Both the position numbers and the translations under genes were made by a program. Under the pieces are notes generated by a model. It was not told the origin of the DNA. It did not search any database and saw only the letters and a list, made by a program, of their open reading frames with translations. A stretch of 64,000 nt of DNA. Origin: the human T2T-CHM13v2.0 reference genome, Homo sapiens. Within the stretch, counting starts at the first letter, position 1. Each line of letters opens with the position of its first letter. Shown piece after piece: positions 41,249 to 57,976 of this stretch. The stretch lies in assembly GCF_009914755.1 (NCBI RefSeq), contig NC_060943.1. One strand, given 5' to 3'.

Positions 41249-41399
41249 TCACCCTCGTGCGCGCCGCGCCGGCCGCCGGCAGCCCCCGGAGGGTCCGGAG
41301 CGAGAGCGCGAGCGAGGGCTGGGCCGGGGTCGGGACCCCGAGCGGGGACGCGGCCGGGGCACTCTGCGCTGTGGGCTCATCTCGGCTTCCAGGACGTTA
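41249..41399 (-). CDS. CCDC194: CCDC194 coding exon 4 (Arg/Pro/Ser-rich tail)
   Basis: Acceptor CCCTTCCCGGCAG; NVLEAEMSPQRRVPRPRPRSGSRPRPSPRSRSRSG...RARG-TGA; total CDS 705 nt = 234 aa. Confidence 0.82.
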
Positions 41400-41948
41400 C
41401 TGCCGGGAAGGGGGAAGGGGGCTGTCAGCCTCTGGACCCCTGTCCCCAGACATCGCCAGCCCTCATCCGCCAGAGCGTCCCTTTGCTGGGAACTCCATCC
41501 CCAGAGATCCCCATCTCCCAGGGTTTCCCGCTCCCCAGGATCCGGCATCCGTTCTCGACCCCCAGCCATTCCCGGGACGCCTCCCTAGAGACTCCCAGCT
41601 ACATCCCCAGAAGCTCTGTCCCCCTACCACCAGCCTCTCCCTCGATACTCCCTTTTCCTTGCTCCCTTCTCTTCCGTTCCCCGTCCCTCTCGGGGCTCCC
41701 ACCGACGCTGGATCCTGGGGACCTAAGTTTCTAGAATGCCCGCCCCAGCCTGGAATCCCAAGAGAGTCCACTCCCTTCTCCATCCTTAGGTTCCAATTCC
41801 AGGATCCCCCTATTAAATCAACAATGCCCCCCCCACCACAATTCCACGCCCAAAGTAATGATTGGCCGAAAGAATGCAGCCCTGCGCAAGCATTGGTCGC
41901 GCCCTCCCCGTCCATCCGACCCCGCCCTCGGGCCAGCCCCTCACTCAC

Positions 41949-42081
41949 AGGCGTTCGCGCAGCGCCGCCTCCCGGGCCGCACAGGCTTCGCCCTCGGCCT
42001 CCGCCACGCCTGCGCGCCGCAGAGCCTCGTCCAGCCGCCGCGTAGACTCCGTGGCCGCCGCCTCCCAGCGCGCCAGGGCCT
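41949..42081 (-). CDS. CCDC194: CCDC194 coding exon 3
   Basis: EALARWEAAATESTRRLDEALRRAGVAEAEGEACAAREAALRER; acceptor CCCCCAG, donor CT|GTGAGT; 133 nt. Confidence 0.88.
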
Positions 42082-42487
42082 CTGGGGGCGCAGGGAGCCG
42101 GGTCAGGCTGGAGACTCCCGCGCCCACCCGCCCCACGCACGCCGGAATCCAAGTTGATAGTCTGCATGCCGTTTGCACGCTTTCCTTTATTTGAATTAAA
42201 TTAGTGTGTACCATTGCATGGCTTCCACGTGCCATTTGCATAGCTTTTCATAGGTTTGCATTGCTTTCGTGAGTCGTTTACAAGGAGTTTGCATGTTTTG
42301 TGGCATTTGCCTTGTTTTTGTGACATTTGCATGGCCTCTGCATGTTGTTTGCATTCTTTTCATAAGTTTTTGCGTTTATATCCGTGTTATTTGCATTACG
42401 TTTGCAACTGTGCTTGTTTGGATAACTAGGATTCACCTAGGCTCCTCCCACTTCTATCCCTGCCCACTCCCTTACACCCCAACGCAC

Positions 42488-42584
42488 CTGTCAGCGCCCC
42501 GTTCTCGGCCCCCATCTGGGTCCCCTGTGCCTTGGCTTCGTCCATCTCAATCTTCAGTGTCGTTAGTTGGGTCTGAAGCCGGCT
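42488..42584 (-). CDS. CCDC194: CCDC194 coding exon 2
   Basis: SRLQTQLTTLKIEMDEAKAQGTQMGAENGALT; acceptor CTCCTCAG, donor AG|GTGCGT; 97 nt. Confidence 0.88.
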
Positions 42585-43015
42585 CTGAGGAGTGGAGGGG
42601 AAGTGGGAGGGGGTGTAGGCAGAGGAAAGGAGGAGTGATTCGGCCTGGCCCTTTTGGGGACAGTGAGAAGCCACCTGCGACCCTGTGTCCTGAGCTTTGT
42701 GTGGAATGTCCTTTGGGGCCTTGTAGTTGTAAAATACAGAAGTGGCTTCTGAAGCCTGGGGCACCGAGTGGTGACAGCTGCCTGCCTGGAGGGAGATCTC
42801 TGCCCAGGTCCAACGCCACCAACTCTAAGCCACCAGAAAGTGGAGAGTGCTGAGCTCTGCGGTCAGATTCAAGTTCCACTTTCAGCTCCATCTGGGACTA
42901 GCTGATGGGATTTCAAACCAACAAAGTTAGCCGGGCGTCGTGGCTCACGCCTGTAATCTCAGCACTTTGGGAGACCGAGGCAGGCGGATCACTTGAGGCC
43001 AGGAGTTCGAGACTA

Positions 43016-43348
<333 letters not shown>

Positions 43349-44031
43349 TTACAGCAAGGGGGCAGAGCCAGAACCTGTACTTGGAGTAGGATCCTCTTAA
43401 CCTCGACTGCCCCAGTCCCTTCTCTTGGTCCAGGGGGCAGAAAAGGGGTAGGGGTTTATTTGGATTTATTTATTTATTTTGAGATGGGGTCTTGCTCTGT
43501 CGCCCAGGCGGGAGTGCAGTGGTGGGATCTCAGCTCACTGCAACCTCCGCCTGGGATTACAAGCATGCGCCATCACACCTGGCTAATTTTTGTATTTTTA
43601 GTAGAGACGGGTTTTCACCACATTGGCCAGGCTGGTCTCGAACTCTTGACCTTAACTGATACACTCGCCCTGGCTTCCAAAAGTGCTAGGATTACAGGCG
43701 TGAGCCACTGCGCCCGGCCCCATTTTGATTTTTAATATTCAGATGCTGCACTACCTCGGCTGGGCTGGGAGGTTGGGGTGGAATGGGGGGTGTGCACAGA
43801 GGTATACAGTAGTCACTCCATAAATGGAAATGGCTGGGATTTTAAGGACAGTTCTTTTGGCAGGCTCAGGGCTGGAAAAGGTTAAGAAAAAGTCTGAAGG
43901 GTTAGTCAGAGGAAAAGGAGGACCTAGCAGGTACCTCCCCCAAGAGGCCAACTTTAGCCTCCTAATTACAGGTGACATGTATGTCCCTCTCTCAAAATAG
44001 GGCTGCTGGAAACTGGCTGGAGTGGGGCTGA

Positions 44032-44349
<318 letters not shown>

Positions 44350-44558
44350 TGATCCACCTTTCTGATCAGAAGGTAGACTCCATGGTGAGCTGACATCTAA
44401 GGGTTGGAAGGCATTAGGGCGCTATTCTCAATACCTTCTCAATTCGAGGAACTGGGGAAACCGAGGCACAGGGAGGGAACCCTGGAGTTGTGTGGGCAGG
44501 CCGTCTCTTATCTCAACATTCTGGATTCCCGAGCTCCCCCTCTACCCGGCCCACCTAC

Positions 44559-44882
44559 CTGGCGGCCTTCACAGGCCTTTAATGCCTTCTCCAACTCGTG
44601 CCGGATACTTTCCGCCTGGTCCAGCTGCCTGGCTAGGGCCTCCTCCCGCTCGGCAGCCTCTGCCAGCCGGCGCCGCAGCTCGTCGACCCCAGGCGGCGGG
44701 TCCCCGGGCGGCGCCGTGGCATTGGCCCCTGGCTCCGGGCAGCGAGGTCCCCGAGCAGCCGAGGCGGCCAGATTCCAGGCTACCAGGGCCCCGCCGGCTG
44801 CTGCCGCAGCCAGGAACACGGCCACCCCGCACAGGGCGAGCACCCGCCAGGCACGCCCGGGCTCCGGCCCCGGCTCGGCCAT
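44559..44882 (-). CDS. CCDC194: CCDC194 / TMCC(aT) coding exon 1: short tail, TM helix, coiled coil
   Basis: MAEPGPEPGRAWRVLALCGVAVFLAAAAAGGALVAWN...LKACEGRQ; Kozak GGCATGG; donor CAG|GTAGGT; 324 nt, phase 0. Confidence 0.9.
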
Positions 44883-45000
44883 GCCGCGGTCCACAGCTCT
44901 GGCCCCAGACGGCCACGAATATTTAATTGGCACCTTGGGGCGCCAGGGACACCCACGGTTCCGCCCAGCCTGGCCGTGGCTTCCCAGTCCGTTGGGAGGG
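44580..45000. other. CpG island over CCDC194 exon 1
   Basis: Dense CpG, high GC. Confidence 0.75.
44915..44970 (-). promoter_or_regulatory. Putative CCDC194 core promoter
   Basis: TATA-like TTAAATA (44920-26) embedded in CpG-rich DNA, about 40 nt upstream of the ATG; GC box at 44960-66. Confidence 0.45.
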
Positions 45001-45543
45001 GTTGGACCCCCTCCAGGGGCTGGTCCATCCCGTCGAGCCCAAGAAAGGACTAGGGGTTCTGGGTTCCTGCATCCCACGTGCTGCCCTCTGTGCCTCAATT
45101 TCCCCCTTTGGGAAATGGGGAGAGTATTAACTCCTGCTTGGTAGGGCTTGGTAGGAATCAAGTTGGCACATCTGTAGGAAGCGCCAAAGACCGCATCTGC
45201 AAACGAAGTGCTTGGCTATCATTTGGGGATATGTCGTTTCCAATATTTTTTAATCTTAATTTTGTGTGTTTGTGTCGCCCAAGCTGGAGTGCAATGGCAC
45301 AATCTTGGCTCACTGAAACCTCCGTCTCTGGTTGAAGCGATTCTCCTGCCTCAGCCTCCTGAGTAGCTGGGATTACAGGCGACTGCCATCACGCCCAGCT
45401 AATTTTTATATTTTTAGTAGACACGGGGTTTCACCATGTTGGCCAGGCTGGTCTCGAACTCCTGACCTCAAATGATCTGCCCACCTCGGCTTCCCAAAGT
45501 GCTGAGATTACAGGCGTGAGCCCCTGCGCCCAGCTAATTTTAA

Positions 45544-45708
<165 letters not shown>

Positions 45709-45844
45709 TAACCGCATTGGGAGATGGGAGGATACTCCACTGACTTACCGTTGGCAGAGTTTAGGCTGCCACGTCGGCTGTGAAGAGGACCGGAGGGTAG
45801 ACAACAGGGTGGACCGGCCCCGTCTTCCCGCCTGCTCGCCACTG

Positions 45845-45861
45845 GGCCGCCAGAGGGCGAT
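45845..45861 (+). promoter_or_regulatory. CTCF-like motif
   Basis: GGCCGCCAGAGGGCGA closely matches the CTCF core, in a small CpG-rich patch. Confidence 0.55.
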
Positions 45862-46319
45862 CTTACAACGTGATTACAATTGGGCTCTGGCTCCCCTTCC
45901 CTCTTAGAATACAACCCGTTCTCCCCTCCCCTTCCTTCCTCCTACTCTCCCTCCTCCCCCTCCTCCCTCCTCTTCCTGTTTCTCCTTCTCTATCTCCCCC
46001 TGCCCCTTCTCTCCCTCCTTACACCTTCAAGGACCTGATCACACCTTTAAGGTCATTTTCTTTTCACTCCTTCCTGTAGCCTCCCCAAGGCTCTTCCACC
46101 AAGTGCATTCCCATCGCAGGGCCTTTACACCTTCTCCTCCTCTGCCTGGCTAATTGCTGCTCTGCTAACAGGTCCCCTCCTACAGAAAGTCCCCCTCTTC
46201 AACACTACCTCCTTTTGATCAGCTCCTAGGGCCCTAACATTAAAAAGGTAATGGTAGGCCGGGCGCAATGGGTCACGTCTGTAATCCCAGCACTTTGGGA
46301 TGCCGAGGCGGGTGGATCA

Positions 46320-46553
<234 letters not shown>

Positions 46554-46582
46554 TTAGCCAGGTGTGGTGGCTGGCGCCTTTA

Positions 46583-46728
<146 letters not shown>

Positions 46729-46779
46729 TTATGCGTGTGACTGATTCTCCCCCCCACCCCCGCCTTTCCCATCAAACTG

Positions 46780-48695
<1,916 letters not shown>

Positions 48696-48832
48696 GGCTT
48701 GGCATGGTGGCTCACATCTGTAACCCAAGCACTTTGGGAGACTGAGGTGGGAGGATCACTTGAGCCCAGGAGTTTGAGAACAGCCTGGGCAACATGGTGA
48801 GACCCCATCTCTACAAAATATAAAAAAAATTA

Positions 48833-48946
<114 letters not shown>

Positions 48947-49029
48947 TTAACTAAAAATACAAAAATTGGCCAGCGCAATGGCTCATGCCTGTAATCCCAG
49001 CACTTTGGGAGGCCAAGGAGGGTGGATCA

Positions 49030-49423
<394 letters not shown>

Positions 49424-49536
49424 TCACTCACGCTTGTAATCCTGGCACTTTGGGAGGCCAAGGCAGGAGGATTACTTAAGGCCAAGCATTCAAGATCAAC
49501 CTGGCCAACATAGTGAGATCCTGTCTTTATTATTTA

Positions 49537-49665
<129 letters not shown>

Positions 49666-50280
49666 TTAAGCCTGGGTGACAGAGAGAGGCCCTGTCTCAA
49701 AAAAAAAAAAAGAAAGAAATCAGAGCTCAGAGAGGTCGAGTCCCAGAGCAGGGACACTCAGCAGTGGCTGGTCACTGCCAAATTCCCACTGGGGACTGCA
49801 GAACCCCACAGCCGTCAGCTTCTCAACCCCTGGGTGGGTCACAGCCTTGGAGTCAGGTCTCTCAGGAAAAGGACAAAATAGGGAGGGAAGATGGGACATT
49901 TTAGGAAGTAGGGAAATTTACACCCAGGCCATTGTGTGGGGGGATTGGGAGTTGAATCCACAATATTGGGCTAATCTTATCAGCAAAATACAGCCCAGGC
50001 AGGATGGGGGTGGGGGTTGTGGGGGGAGAGTGGGGGAGGGAGTGTGAGTAGGGGTGGGGGTGGGTGGAGCAGCAGCATAGTCTGGGGACCTTTCCATGGC
50101 CCAAGTCGGGAGTGGTGAGTGGAGGAGGTCACGTGGGGAGCGTTTGTTTCCTGGGCAAAAGGAAATCCACAGAATGTGGAGGGTTAATTGCCCAACGAGC
50201 TTTGAAACCCTGAACAAGGCCAGGCATGGTGGCTCACGCCTGTAATCCCAGCACTTTGGGAGGCTGAGGCGGGCGGATCA

Positions 50281-50556
<276 letters not shown>

Positions 50557-50987
50557 TTACCCTAGGCCTCACCGGGGCTGTTGGTGAGGATGAAATAGCT
50601 TAGTAGTTGCAAAGCGGCTTTGGCTTTTTTGCAAGCCAGGGCCACAGAAGTGAAGGCCCACCCTGCTCCCGGGGACACTTAGCAACATATAGAGACTTTT
50701 TTTTTCTTTTGAGACAGAGTCTGGCTCTGTTGCCCAGGCTGGAGTTGCATCATCTTGGCTCACTGCAGCCTTGACATCCCAGGCTCAAGCGATCCTCCTG
50801 CCTCAGCCTCCCAAGTAGCTGCGACTACAGGCGTGTGCCACCATGCCCAGCTAATTATTAAATTTTTTGTAGAGATGGAGGTCTCCCTATGTTGCCCAGG
50901 CTGGTCTTGACCTCCTGGGCTGAAGCAATCCTCCCCCTTCGACCTCCCAAAGTGCTGGGATTACAGGCATGAGCCACCATGCCCAGC

Positions 50988-51478
<491 letters not shown>

Positions 51479-51583
51479 CTAGACCTTGGGAGTGAGGAAC
51501 GGGTGCTCCAGGCAGCAGGCAGAGCTTGGGCAAAGGCCTTGAGGCAAAAAGGAACTTGGGATCAGTAAAGGTGGAGGTGGTGA

Positions 51584-52035
<452 letters not shown>

Positions 52036-52790
52036 TAGTAGAGACAGGGTTTCACCGTGTTCGCCAGGATGGTCTGGATCTCTTGACCTTGTGATCCAAC
52101 AACCTTGGCCTCCCAAAGTGCTGGGATTACAGGCATGAACCACCACGCCCAGCCATTTTTTTGTATTTTTAGTAGAGATGGGGTTCACCATGTTGGCCAG
52201 GTTGGTCTTGAACTGAGCTCAAGTGATCCACCTGCCTCGGCCTCCCAAAGTTCTGGGATTACAGGCGTGAGCCACTGTGCCTGGCCAGAGGTTTTTTTTT
52301 TTTTTAAATCCCACTGACCGTCTGGGCTGGGGACTGTGGGACCTTAGGATAGTACAGAAATCTGGGACAAGGGACTCCTGGCTCCATTACCACAAACAGG
52401 AGTTGGAGTTGCAGAGACAATGGCCGGGATTCCGGGAGAACTTGGAGGAAGTAAGATAACAGAGAAGGAAGGGACTATGGCATCTTTGAGGATCGAATAA
52501 GGTAGGTGAAGGGTCCGTCGGGATTGCAGCCCTCAATTGTGGAGAAGCAGAGAGACTCTCTGGGGGAGGGGTTCCCAGAGCTGGGTACTGCAGAATGAAT
52601 AAGAGTTTGGGGAATCGGGCCAGGTGTGATGGCTCATGCCTGTAATCCCAGCACTTTAGGAGCCCAAGGTGGGTAGATCCCTTGAGGTCAGGAGTTTGAG
52701 GCCAGCCTGGCCAACATGATGAAACCCCTGTCTCCACTAAAAATACAAAAATTAGCCAGGTGTGGTGGTGTAGTACTGTAATCCCAGCTA

Positions 52791-53631
<841 letters not shown>

Positions 53632-53667
53632 CTAAAACGATGATACTCCAGGAACTCGAGAGTAAGG

Positions 53668-54050
53668 TGTGCTCTCCCTCAAAGGAAGTGTTTATTTTTT
53701 GGAGCTCAAAGACCCCAGAAAAAAGCAACCCCCCCCGCAAAAAAAACCCATAACAACAGGCAGCACATGCCCCCCACACCGCACCCCATGCCCAATCTCA
53801 GGGTGGGAGACAAGAGGGGGGACTCATTGTCCGGAGGGAGGCTCTGGAGGGAGACAGCCCTGGGTCAACCCGACTGTGTCCCCACACCCAGGACTGCCCC
53901 ATGGCCCCTCCAGACCTGCTCCAGAGGCCCTTCTCCGGCTACCCCGTGCTCTCCCCGCTAACCGTGTTGCCCCATGACCCGCTCAGAACTGATGAGATCA
54001 AGGGAATGTTCAAGCGAAAAGCCGAGCAGGACGGACCTTCCAAGATGTGC
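53668..54050 (-). other. BST2: BST2 non-coding exon 5 (3'UTR)
   Basis: Acceptor CCTTTAG at 54051-57; AATAAA at 53691-96. Confidence 0.9.
53691..53696 (-). terminator. BST2 polyadenylation signal AATAAA
   Basis: tttatt on + strand. Confidence 0.9.
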
Positions 54051-54418
54051 CTAAAGGACCAGAAGAGGGACTCAGGGCAGACTGGAGGCAGCAGGCACTG
54101 GCCCCGCTCCAAGCCCGGCCCCAAGCCCCGCCCCCATCGCTAGACCCGCCCCACCCATCCATAAGCCCCTCCCCTCCATCGATAGACCCGCCCCCATTGA
54201 TAGCCCCGCCCCATACAGCTATCAGCCCGCCCCCGATCCAGGGCATCCTTCTCACTGGATTCTCCCTCCTTCCCCAAGGCCCCTCACCTCTGCGCCCAGT
54301 CCCTTCCCCTGCAGCCTCTCTCTCTAGACTTCGGAGCCTCTGCTTCCCCGCCCCCCTTCCCCAGCTTTCTTCTCCCTCCCGGGGCCGCCCCCTCCTCACT
54401 GACCAGCTTCCTGGGATC

Positions 54419-54548
54419 TCACTGCAGCAGAGCGCTGAGGCCCAGCAGCACAATCAGCAGCTGGGGCGCCGCAGCGGAGCTGGAGTCCTGGGAGCTGGGG
54501 TAGTACTTCTTGTCCGCGATTCTCACGCTTAAGACCTGGTTTTCTCTT
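54419..54548 (-). CDS. BST2: BST2 coding exon 4 (GPI-anchor signal)
   Basis: [46 protein letters not shown]; total 543 nt = 180 aa; exon continues 15 nt to the donor at 54403. Confidence 0.98.
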
Positions 54549-54855
54549 CTGCGGTACAGATGGGGGCAAATCAGGCATCTGCTCGTCCTGGCTCCTGCCG
54601 CCCTCCCTGTAAGCCCACCGCCCCCGGGAGTTCCCCCCGCACCGCCCCAATCCAAGTCACCGGGGAGGGAATGGACAGCGGCCACCCATGGCTCTGTGAC
54701 CCTAGGGGCTAAGTTATCCTTTTGTGGGACTCAAACTTTATCCCTTGGGGCAATGGGGATTTTGGGAGCAAAGGAGATCCTGGGTCTTGGGCTAGGGATG
54801 TGGGGGTGAGAGGAATGTGGCAGGTGGAGGGTAGCGGGGGAAGGCTATCTCTGAC

Positions 54856-54916
54856 CTCAGTCGCTCCACCTCTGCAGACGCGTCCTGAAGCTTATGGTTT
54901 AATGTAGTGATCTCTC
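54856..54916 (-). CDS. BST2: BST2 coding exon 3
   Basis: [20 protein letters not shown]; acceptor CCAG, donor AG|GTCAG; 61 nt. Confidence 0.97.
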
Positions 54917-55097
54917 CTGGTAGGGTGGGAGGACAGAAACAGGGGGCGGGTCAGCATGTGGCCATGCTGGGGCCCTGCTCCACTCTGGGACAGAACCTCC
55001 CCCTTACCCCAACCTCCAGCCCTGGTCTCCCTGCCCCCACCCCCTCTTCCATACCTGACTCACCCCTCCCCGGCCCTCTCCCTTCTCCCTTTCTCAC

Positions 55098-55164
55098 CCT
55101 CAAGCTCCTCCACTTTCTTTTGTCCTTGGGCCTTCTCTGCATCCAGGGAAGCCATTAGGGCCAT
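55098..55164 (-). CDS. BST2: BST2 coding exon 2
   Basis: [22 protein letters not shown]; acceptor TTCTTAG, donor G|GTGAG; 67 nt. Confidence 0.97.
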
Positions 55165-56017
55165 CTAAGAAGAGTTAGAATCTGGGGTTTTGGCCTGGGG
55201 AGTTTGGCTGCTGCCCCTGGGACCTGGGCCTCCTCCCTAGGTCCTGGGGACAGAGGGGCTTAAATGCAAACCCCTTTCAGGTTTTCTTCCAACCCTCTCT
55301 GCACCATGGTCTCCAACCTTAAAGAACAGCCACAACCACACACTCTCCCAGGGCCACCCATAAGCATGTGGGTCCTCAAAATGGGAGTTTTGAGGCCACC
55401 CCACGTGGAAACTTGGAGGCTATCGATAACCAAAGTTTAGTGGACATTTCCAGATTGCCTGAGCAATGGCCCAAGAAAAGTTAGAGGGCCCTACCAAATC
55501 CAGAATGCAGTGGGATTTCCCCGCCCAAGTGACATGCCCAGCGAGAGTTTCAAGATCCCCCATATCAGGACCCAGGTGAATATTTCAGTTTCTTAGGGAT
55601 GAAGTGAAAATTTCAAAAGCCCCCTTTTTCAGGGTCTGGTGAGGTCCCCCTTCAACCCTGAATAGGGATTTCTACTCCCCCAGGACTGGTGCCCACGAGG
55701 AGTTTCAAGGCCCCCGACACCAGTGCCCTGGAAAGAATTTATAAATTCACCTAAGTCCCAGGGGGATACTGAGGTCCCCGATTTGGGGGATCTGGAGAGT
55801 TTTAACACCCTGCCCCTACACCAGTGCCCTGGACTGGGTTAGGGGCCCACAAACCCTGGTAGGGGAACCTAGGTCCCTTGATGTGGGGGCCCAGGAGCAG
55901 TTTCAGGACCTCCCCTGCATCTCCCTGGAGACCCACCCTGGGTCAGATTTCTGGGGAGAGATTCTTGTCCCTCCCACCGCCTAGTACTAGGCCATCCAAA
56001 GGAGTTGAGGAGCTTAC

Positions 56018-56302
56018 CACAGTGTGGTTGCAGGTGGCGGCCTGGGCCTCCACATCCTGAAAGCCCTTCTGGGCCTCGGTCAGCTCTTGTTGCAGGAGAT
56101 GGGTGACATTGCGACACTCCATCACTGCCCGAAGGCCGTCCCGGCAGGCCTCGCTGTTGGCCTTGATGGTGAAGATAATCAAGGGCACCCCCAGAATCAC
56201 GATGATCAGGAGCACCAGAATTCCTATCCCCAGCAGAAGCTTACAGCGCTTATCCCCGTCTTCCATGGGCACTCTGCAATAGTCATACGAAGTAGATGCC
56301 AT
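56018..56302 (-). CDS. BST2: BST2 (tetherin/CD317) coding exon 1
   Basis: [47 protein letters not shown]...TCNHTV; donor GTG|GTAAG; 285 nt. Confidence 0.99.
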
Positions 56303-56374
56303 CCAGATCTCCCCTTTAGCTGAAAGGAGTCTGGCCTGGAGTTAGGGGAGGGTGCTGGAATCTTCTACGGGCCA

Positions 56375-56505
56375 CCCCTTTATTAGCATAGGAAACGTCC
56401 TGACCAATAGCAAGTTCCAGGAAGTGCTCTGACCAGCAGCTCTTGCATGAGGCACCTACAGGCAGAGGATTAATTAGGTTTTCAGTTTCAGTTTCCCAGA
56501 AAGGA
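56375..56505. promoter_or_regulatory. Interferon-responsive bidirectional BST2/BISPR promoter
   Basis: TATA-like TAATAAA (-, 56379-85); CCAAT 56404-08; GAS TTCCAGGAA 56415-23; ISRE/IRF-E TTTCAGTTTCAGTTTCC 56480-96 overlapping GAS TTCCCAGAA 56493-56501. Confidence 0.9.
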
Positions 56506-57976
56506 GGTGGGCTTTTTTTTTCACCCTGCTTTAAAAGCCCTTGGGCCCTTCCCAACTGGGTGCCAGCCAACTGTGGCTGCCTGGGACACTCCATCTTAAG
56601 TCCCTGTGCCTCTGCCGTGTGTTACTGAGTGCCTAGGCCGTGCCAGCCTGTATTCATCTGTACTATGACCTGAAGAGGCAGAGGCCATCATTGTTGGTCC
56701 GGTCTCCACCTGGGGAAACTGAGGTTGCACAGTTGCGTGGTGGAGTGAGGGCAGGGCCTGGGTCTGGGGGCGGGGCCTGGGTCTGACCCCAGGGACTGGT
56801 TTTTGTGTTCAGGTGTCTCTGTGGTGACGAGCAGGGCTTCATCCAGTGCCTCTGTCCCCACCGAGGGGACTATGGGAGACATGGAGGGTGTGTGAGCAAC
56901 AGGTGAGACTGGAGCCAGCTGAAAACTGGGAGACCGACCCAGCCAACAAACAATGTCGGTCTCTGTCTTGGCACCTGCAGGAAACAAGCTCCTACTTCCA
57001 GAAAAAGTGCTCCTGGGACTCCAGGATACCAGGTAAACTCTCTGAGCCTGTTTCTTCATCTGCAAAGGGGAATAACAGGGCCAGCCTCAGACACTGTCCA
57101 TGTGGCCAAGAGAGCCAGGGCTTCCTACAGGAAATCAGGCCCATTATCGGCACCCAACTGCTGGGCATGACCGCTGAAAGGGGACTGCATGTTTTTCTTG
57201 TGGCTTCTTCAGCCACATCCTGACCACAGCCCAGATTCTGTTAGGTCTGCCATTTCCATGTTTTTTTTTCTTTTCAGCAGGGCCAGACAGTAGGCGAGGT
57301 CAAGTCCAGAGCCCAGGCCTCCCAGAAGGCCTGGGGAACTCCCCCCAGGCCCTGACTCCAACATCCCTCAGAAGGACCCCATTAAAGCCACTTAGAGCCA
57401 GGCATGGTGGTACATGCCTGTGGTCCCAGGCTGAGGCTGGGAGGCTGAGGCAGGAGGATCACTCGAGCCCAGGAGTTTGAGGCTGCAGCGAGCTATGATT
57501 GTGCCACGGCACTCAAGCCTGGGTGATAGAGTGGGATCCCATCTCTTAAACCAATAAACAAAAAAATCACTTAGAACCAAGAACCAATTAACAAGCTGTG
57601 GGAGATGATCTTGCTGAAAATTCTGAGGGTGAACTTGTCCCAGGAGGAGGGACCTACCAGCCTGGCCAGGACTCCAGGTGCAAAGACACGACCTTTGCCT
57701 GACTTATTTGACTAAGCTGACTTATTTGAGCAGCACTGTTCTGGCCTGCTAACTTTAGGGTTAGTTTGGGACCAGGTCGGAAATCACAATTGCATGAATT
57801 GCACATTGGAGGCCAGGGTGGTGCACCTCTGGGCAAATGAATTTCCTCTCTTAGCATTGATTTCCCCAGCTGTAAAATGTGGATAATAATAGATTGATGT
57901 CCTCTCTAAATTTTGCAGCTGTAAACAGTCCCAGCCCTGCAAACCGAAAGTTTGTTGCTCTTCCCTTTAAAATTAC

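Larger units (their letters stand above)
41150..42150. other. CpG-rich island over CCDC194 exons 3-4
   Basis: Very high GC and CpG density at 41220-41400 and 41890-42145. Confidence 0.7.
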
